A DNA stretch of 64,000 nt, taken from assembly GCA_964402035.1 (NCBI GenBank), contig CAYOAM010000002.1:178964-242963 (forward strand). The letters are read 5' to 3'. Origin of the DNA: an uncultured Candidatus Saccharibacteria bacterium. Its GTDB lineage: Bacteria > Patescibacteriota > Minisyncoccia > Phycocordibacterales > UBA918. A model generated the notes under the pieces. That model did no database searches and was not told where the DNA came from. It saw nothing but the letters and a program-made list of their open reading frames with translations. Position numbers and translations under genes: made by a program. Shown here piece by piece: positions 58,248 through 64,000 of the stretch. The stretch's first letter is position 1, and the number at the start of each line of letters is the position of its first letter.

Positions 58248-60173
58248 CTAGATAGTGAGTGAGGTAGTGTCGTAGTCTTCTGCAGGAGTTGCAAGCTGCT
58301 GAGTATCAGCATCTGCGTTTGAGTTGTTCCAGTTTACGCTGTACAACTGTACCTTGAATGAACCAGTTGAGACCGGGTCAAATTCAACCGTGAGTGTGAA
58401 TGTTTCTGTTTCACCCTCAGCAATCTTGAAGCGACCACTTTCGATCTCAGCTGATGAGTCAAGTGTGCCTACTCGTACTCCAGTGTCAATGGTTGAACCA
58501 CCTTCTGTGATGATGTAGTTCACACCTGTGTTTGATTCAGTAGTACCAGAAGCAGTGTTGTCGTCGATAAAGATATCTGTCTCAAATGCAGTCACATCAA
58601 ACTCGATGACGAAGACTCCTTCATCGTCGGTAGTAGTCTCTGCATTCTCCTTAAGGTCAACGCTCTCCTCAGTAAATTCGAGGACAGCACCTTCTGAGCG
58701 GACAGTATGAGTATCGCCAGTAGCGGTACCTTCTCCAGTGATATCATCTACACCCTCAAAGTCGCCTGTTGCGCCTGAAGTGGTTGCATAGATGTCATCA
58801 CCTTCGTCAAAGTTACCCGTAAGTGCCTTGAACTCAACCTGTACTTCTACTGTCACTCGTTCACCGGCTTCGATCACAAGATCTCCGTCAATGTCGAATG
58901 TTGCTGTACCAGTTGCAGTGCCGTCAAGGTTCCATGTCACATCATCGTAGGTTTCCCCATCGATAACGAGCTGGATGTCAGACACCATCTGATTCACAAT
59001 ATCGTGATCAGTCACAACGCCTACAACAAGCTCATTGACTTCAACATCGTTTACGCTGTCGTCAGTGTCAAGGTCGTATGCGAAGATTGTGTACCAGTCA
59101 GATTTCTCATCCGTATCTACTGCAAGAGTAGTTGCGTCTGGGTCCTCTGAAGAAGTCTTTACAATAACTTCATCGTCGTTTCCTTCAGCATTGATGTCAA
59201 AGGAAACGCCGTTGTCGCCAAGATCGCCAGTAGTTGTTTCAGTTGTTGAAACTTCATCGGCATCCAAGAAGCGAACAGCATCTGCGTCTACACGCCATGC
59301 CTCTCCGTCATCTGCGCCATCTACTGAACTTTGTACAGTAACGGCAACAACAACAGTAACTTCCTCATCTTCCATAGCTACAATGTCGAGACCAGAGAAT
59401 CGTAGAGAACCATCGTCCTCATCGAGATACTCATCTTCGTCATTTGCATCCATGCGAGCAACCTCATCTCCATCTACCCAGAGAGATACCTCTTCAAAGG
59501 TGTCCCAAGGATCCTGTTCATCACCTGATCCTACGAGGGCAAAGTCAAGACGAGTGATTTGTGCATCACCATCTGCAAAGCTGTACTCAAACTCAGCAAC
59601 TGGAGCATCTTCCTGTCCTTCTTCAAGGTCAGTATCATCTCCATCATTCTTGTTTACATCATCGAGTGATGCTTCACCAGAAAGGTCTGAACTTGAGTCA
59701 TCGTTTGAATCGTCATTTGAGTCATCGTTTGAATCGTCATTCGAGTCATCCTGTGCTACACACATAGCATTTACTGCAGCACGAGTAACCGGGCCAAAGT
59801 ATCCTACTGCTGGGCTAATAGCCTTTGCAGACTGGAACGCTGAGAGAGCTGATTTTGTCTGGCCACCAAAGTAACCAGTTGCACCTGCTGCAATTGCGTA
59901 TCCATGATTGATAAGGAAGTTTTGGAGTCCTGTCACATCAGCACCACTTGCGCCGAGCGTAAGGTCCATGGTAAACGCTGCGCAGGTGTTCGTAGAAGGC
60001 GCATTGCCTGCTTGAAGAGCCGCAATCTGCGCAGTGAGCGTAGCGATCATTGCTTCCATCTCAGCAGCTGTCATTGTTGCCGCCTTTGCAGGAGCAAATG
60101 AGAGTGTGAAGAGCATAGAAGCCGCAACAAAGCCCACAACGAGCTTTGAAGCAACATTTTGAGTAATAGTCAT
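58248..60173 (-). CDS. Highly acidic secreted surface (S-layer-like) protein with a peptidoglycan-binding domain
   Basis: Signal peptide, coiled coil, PG_binding_1 'LTLGASGADVTGLQ...GYFG..T', (NDDS)n linker, D/E/T-rich beta repeats. Confidence 0.8.
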   Translation of the reverse strand: MTITQNVASKLVVGFVAASMLFTLSFAPAKAATMTAAEMEAMIATLTAQIAALQAGNAPSTNTCAAFTMDLTLGASGADVTGLQNFLINHGYAIAAGATGYFGGQTKSALSAFQSAKAISPAVGYFGPVTRAAVNAMCVAQDDSNDDSNDDSNDDSNDDSSSDLSGEASLDDVNKNDGDDTDLEEGQEDAPVAEFEYSFADGDAQITRLDFALVGSGDEQDPWDTFEEVSLWVDGDEVARMDANDEDEYLDEDDGSLRFSGLDIVAMEDEEVTVVVAVTVQSSVDGADDGEAWRVDADAVRFLDADEVSTTETTTGDLGDNGVSFDINAEGNDDEVIVKTSSEDPDATTLAVDTDEKSDWYTIFAYDLDTDDSVNDVEVNELVVGVVTDHDIVNQMVSDIQLVIDGETYDDVTWNLDGTATGTATFDIDGDLVIEAGERVTVEVQVEFKALTGNFDEGDDIYATTSGATGDFEGVDDITGEGTATGDTHTVRSEGAVLEFTEESVDLKENAETTTDDEGVFVIEFDVTAFETDIFIDDNTASGTTESNTGVNYIITEGGSTIDTGVRVGTLDSSAEIESGRFKIAEGETETFTLTVEFDPVSTGSFKVQLYSVNWNNSNADADTQQLATPAEDYDTTSLTI

Positions 60174-60946
60174 AGCTATAAACTACTTATAAACTTTAAT
60201 CTAATAATACGAATTAATTCATATTTGCGACCAATGCTCCTTTCAGTGGCACGTTTACACGATACCCCTTCTAGAGAAAGAAACACCAGTCACCACCCAC
60301 TAGTCTATATGCCTGAGATCGACACCGGCATATAAATTAGCTGCATAGAGAAACATTCTGTATATCTGTCATGTCTGCGAGCTGCGGGAGAAAGTCATGC
60401 GGGAAATTCATACATCACACATACCATATATATGTATATGATATATGTATATGTGCGCGTGTTCAGTATATGTAGTTGTCAAAGAACAATGTTTCGAACC
60501 AATTTTATGGAGCACACCCTATTTAGTAAAAAATACAAAACAAGCTAGCTCTACGAAAAAAGGTGCTCGAAAGCACTTCTTTAGTATAGCGTATCAACAA
60601 GTGATCGTCGCGGTACCAAAGAAACCATCCTGTGGATAGGGCTTCTTTATTCGTACTATTAGTAGTACTTCAACAGAAACCGCAGCCGAGGATATGGGTA
60701 GCAGGATACGAGTTTTACCCCCTAAAGTCAATAAAATTGATGCTACACCTCTGTAGTATATAGACGATACTGCTCCATACTTTCTTACGCATATGCGGCT
60801 TAATTACAACACGTAATTTGTATATCTCCTGTACACCCACCGACAATATACGTCCCATTATGACACCTGTAACATTGTCCTATTTAATGTCTTTTTAAAT
60901 CTAGCTGCTTTTACGTGACATTATTGGACACATATCAAAATCATCA

Positions 60947-61660
60947 CTAAACTAAACGATATCTGCTCCAGCGACGCTCTCCTTCACGGACAATAATATT
61001 GTCTGCTATCATGTCCAATAGTTCACGCTGTATAGTCTTTTCACTACAGTCCGTAATAGCGTCTGATATGTCCTTAATACTAACGACCTTACGAACACGT
61101 ATGATAGACAAAATCGACTCACGTCTGCCACCCGAAGTAGCCTGCGACGAAACTAGGCTTACACTACCCACACTCCGTTCTAATATTCTCGACGGTTTCT
61201 TGACCTTCTGATGTTCAAGATACTGCGGCTGATACTCCGTTGATGCTGCGAGCGCTTGACCTCGATATTTTTGCTCGAGTTCATAGATATTTTGGATCAC
61301 TAAGTCAATCTCTCGTACGAGCACGTCCATAAGATCATTCTTCACTACATGTGCTGCTACCAAGAGATGTAACATACTGCGCAATCTGACAAGCATACGA
61401 ACAGCATGCTTGATTTCCATATAAGCCTTCTCAACCGGCGAAGATACCCCGTCTATGACCGATAGTAGCGCATCCTTTGCAGCGCGTCGCGTGTCCGATA
61501 CGATATCAAAAGCTCCTTCAATGTCCTTTTTATTATCGGTAATTAAAAAGACAGCGCATGCTATCTTTTCTGTCTTTTTATAAATGCCAATATAATAATC
61601 GTTATTATATATTGGAACACTGTCACTCACATTGTCCGTAAGAATGTCCTTAATATTCAT
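60947..61660 (-). CDS. Protein with C-terminal DeoR-like winged HTH
   Basis: RRESILSII...SIKDI...SEKTIQRELL...GERRWSRY. Confidence 0.75.
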   Translation of the reverse strand: MNIKDILTDNVSDSVPIYNNDYYIGIYKKTEKIACAVFLITDNKKDIEGAFDIVSDTRRAAKDALLSVIDGVSSPVEKAYMEIKHAVRMLVRLRSMLHLLVAAHVVKNDLMDVLVREIDLVIQNIYELEQKYRGQALAASTEYQPQYLEHQKVKKPSRILERSVGSVSLVSSQATSGGRRESILSIIRVRKVVSIKDISDAITDCSEKTIQRELLDMIADNIIVREGERRWSRYRLV

Positions 61661-61839
61661 ATATGTCCTTAAAAGACTTTAGCGACCTTTATCTAATTCT
61701 TTGTACTATACACAAAAAGGACACTGTCCCATACTGTACAACCGTCGATGCGTATGTTTTATATCTAATCGTACTGTGGAGACATGAAAAACGTTGATTT
61801 TGAGGCTCATGCTATGATATCCCTATATAAAACGCACAT

Positions 61840-64000
61840 ATGGCAGTAAAAAAGAAGAAGGAGAAACAACCACTTTTTGATGATCTCGCGCCGCATACCA
61901 AGCAGGCGGTTGCTGCTATTTTTTTTGGCGTCTTGGGGATTTTCTTTGTGCTCTCATCACTGCAAATCGCAGGGGCTGCAGGCAACTTTATGCACACCGC
62001 ACTTTCCTATCTATTTGGGATCGGCTTTATATTGGCCCCCCTCGCATGCCTCCTCTATGTCATGGCACTTCTCCGACCCCGAGAGAGCGGCTTCGTGAGC
62101 ATCTCAAAAATGCTTGGCATCACAGTACTCCTCCTTTCACTCCTCGGGCTTATAGCGCTCTATGACGAAGCACAAGGTGGCATGGTGGGATTTCTCGTTA
62201 TGAAACCACTCGGCTACCTCTTTGGCGCTATAGGCGCTGGTGTTGTGCTCTCTGCACTCGGACTGATCAGCCTGCTACTTATATTGAATGCTGGGCTTCG
62301 GCTACCGCAGTTTCTACGAAAGAAAGAGCCGCCTGTGGCTGACGCAATACCGACGATCGAACCTTTGACTGCAGTGATTGAGCGTGGGGAACTACCCGAG
62401 GAAAAGGAGGAAGCGACGCCAGAAGCTGACGAGCCCAAAAAAAAGACGCTGCGAGAACGAGTTCTGGGCACACAAGATTTTGTGGTGGAGAGCTTCCGTG
62501 GACCCTATGCTCCCCCACCACTGTCGCTCGTCGAAAAGGATCGCGGAAAATCAAAGGGCGGTGATATAAAAGCGCAGTCAAATATTATTCGACGCACCCT
62601 ACAAAACTTTGGCATCATCGTTGAGATGGATGAGATTTCTGTAGGACCTGCCGTCACACGCTTCACCCTCAAACCTGCCGAAGGAGTACGTATTGCAAAA
62701 ATTGTGAGTCTCCAGAGTGACATTGAGCTTGCACTTGCCGCCGGTACCATTCGTATCGAAGCACCAATACCCGGGAAATCACTGGTGGGTATTGAAGTAC
62801 CCAACACACAAAAGACACTCGTGGGTATGGGCTCTCTCCTCTCCTCCCCTGAGTTTATGGATTCACCTAAACCACTCCTTGTAGCACTCGGCAAAGATAT
62901 TTCAGGTCAATCGATCTTTGCCAACGTCGCAAAGATGCCCCACCTCCTCATCGCAGGCACCACAGGCTCAGGAAAATCGGTCACGATTCATGCACTCATC
63001 ACCTCACTCTTGTTCCGCAACTCACCCGAACAACTCCGCTTTATCCTCATAGACCCGAAGCGTGTTGAGCTCACGCTCTACAACAACATCCCCCACCTCC
63101 TAACACCCGTTATTACCGATGCAAAAAAGGCTATCCTATCACTCAAGTGGGCGGCAAATGAAATGGAACGTCGATATGAAATTCTTCAGCACGAGAAGGT
63201 GCGCGATATTAGCTCATATCATGACACTATCTATAAGCCAGCCCTCAAAAAATTTGAAGCCCGTGCAGCAAAAGCTGATAGGGATGACTCTGAAGAGGAG
63301 ACCGAAAAACTTCCTGAACCACTTCCATATATTGTCATCATTATTGACGAGCTTGCAGACATCATGCAGGCTTACCCTCGCGAACTTGAAGCCTCGATTG
63401 TGCGCTTGGCTCAAAAAAGCCGTGCCGTCGGTATTCACCTCCTCCTCGCAACTCAGCGACCAGAAGTAAAGGTTATCACTGGTCTCATCAAGGCAAACAT
63501 GCCGGGACGTATTGCGCTGCGGGTAAACTCTCAGATTGATTCACGGGTGATCATCGATGGTCCGGGGGCAGAAAAACTGCTCGGTTACGGTGATATGCTC
63601 TATATATCGAGTGAAGTTTCAAAACCTCTCCGTGTACAATCAGCCATGATCTCTGAAGCGGAAGTAAAAAATATCGTCTCCTATCTCAAAAACCAAGACT
63701 CTGCTGCAACCCTCGACTCTATTGATCTTGATCTTGGCAACAAAGAGCATGGGGATGCGATGTTTGAATCCTTGACTGAAGATGAGGACGACGATGAACT
63801 CTATGAAGATGTCAAAGCGGTGATACTAAAGGACAAGAAAGCGTCTACATCCTATATCCAACGTCGCTTTCGGATCGGCTACTCGCGCGCAGCACGTTTA
63901 ATCGACATGCTCGAAGAGCGCGGTGTCATTGGAAAACAAGACGGCTCCAGACCGCGAGAAATACTTGCTGCAAGCGAAGAACATGAGGCTGCTGGTGGAA
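61840..64000 (+). CDS. ftsK: DNA translocase FtsK (runs off window end)
   Basis: Manual translation from ATG 61840: TM segments, RIEAPIPGK, PHLLIAGTTGSGKS, IDELAD, ATQRP, gamma domain STSYIQRRFRIGYSRAA. Confidence 0.95.
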   Translation, partial: MAVKKKKEKQPLFDDLAPHTKQAVAAIFFGVLGIFFVLSSLQIAGAAGNFMHTALSYLFGIGFILAPLACLLYVMALLRPRESGFVSISKMLGITVLLLSLLGLIALYDEAQGGMVGFLVMKPLGYLFGAIGAGVVLSALGLISLLLILNAGLRLPQFLRKKEPPVADAIPTIEPLTAVIERGELPEEKEEATPEADEPKKKTLRERVLGTQDFVVESFRGPYAPPPLSLVEKDRGKSKGGDIKAQSNIIRRTLQNFGIIVEMDEISVGPAVTRFTLKPAEGVRIAKIVSLQSDIELALAAGTIRIEAPIPGKSLVGIEVPNTQKTLVGMGSLLSSPEFMDSPKPLLVALGKDISGQSIFANVAKMPHLLIAGTTGSGKSVTIHALITSLLFRNSPEQLRFILIDPKRVELTLYNNIPHLLTPVITDAKKAILSLKWAANEMERRYEILQHEKVRDISSYHDTIYKPALKKFEARAAKADRDDSEEETEKLPEPLPYIVIIIDELADIMQAYPRELEASIVRLAQKSRAVGIHLLLATQRPEVKVITGLIKANMPGRIALRVNSQIDSRVIIDGPGAEKLLGYGDMLYISSEVSKPLRVQSAMISEAEVKNIVSYLKNQDSAATLDSIDLDLGNKEHGDAMFESLTEDEDDDELYEDVKAVILKDKKASTSYIQRRFRIGYSRAARLIDMLEERGVIGKQDGSRPREILAASEEHEAAGG

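Noticed and set aside
59035-59874. 279-aa Ser-rich ORF
   Set aside because: Antisense reading of the Asp/Glu-rich surface protein.
60174-60946. Replication origin
   Set aside because: No cluster of TTATCCACA DnaA boxes was seen and dnaA is not nearby.

Overview
This 64-kb window comes from a Patescibacteria (CPR, Parcubacteria-like) chromosome. The assignment is inferred from the missing rpmD/L30, intron-containing unlinked rRNA genes, archaeal-type pyrH/cmk and CPR-type pilin and ATPase genes. It holds the S10-spc ribosomal protein cluster (rplC to secY, adk, map), murC/murD, secDF, folD, rodA, rplJL, mazEF, ftsK, a 6S RNA and tRNA-Ile. The 16S gene has two group I introns (one encoding a LAGLIDADG nuclease) and no anti-Shine-Dalgarno. 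A separate 23S-5S unit has two group I introns and a ~400-nt helix-45 insertion. The most unusual signals are non-coding. (1) The 23S helix-45 insertion displays copies of universally conserved rRNA loops (16S 530 loop, 16S 790 loop on a tRNA-like scaffold, 23S A-loop), like a built-in decoy array. (2) An intact 5S gene is nested inside a second, fragmented 5S gene. (3) A family of ~90-110-nt structured micro-elements sits at duplicated host sequences (tRNA-Ile 3' end, 5S, a glycosyltransferase 5' end). (4) A small transcription unit is complementary to the canonical anti-SD that this organism's own 16S lacks. All calls were made by eye with no database searches, and RNA boundaries are approximate.
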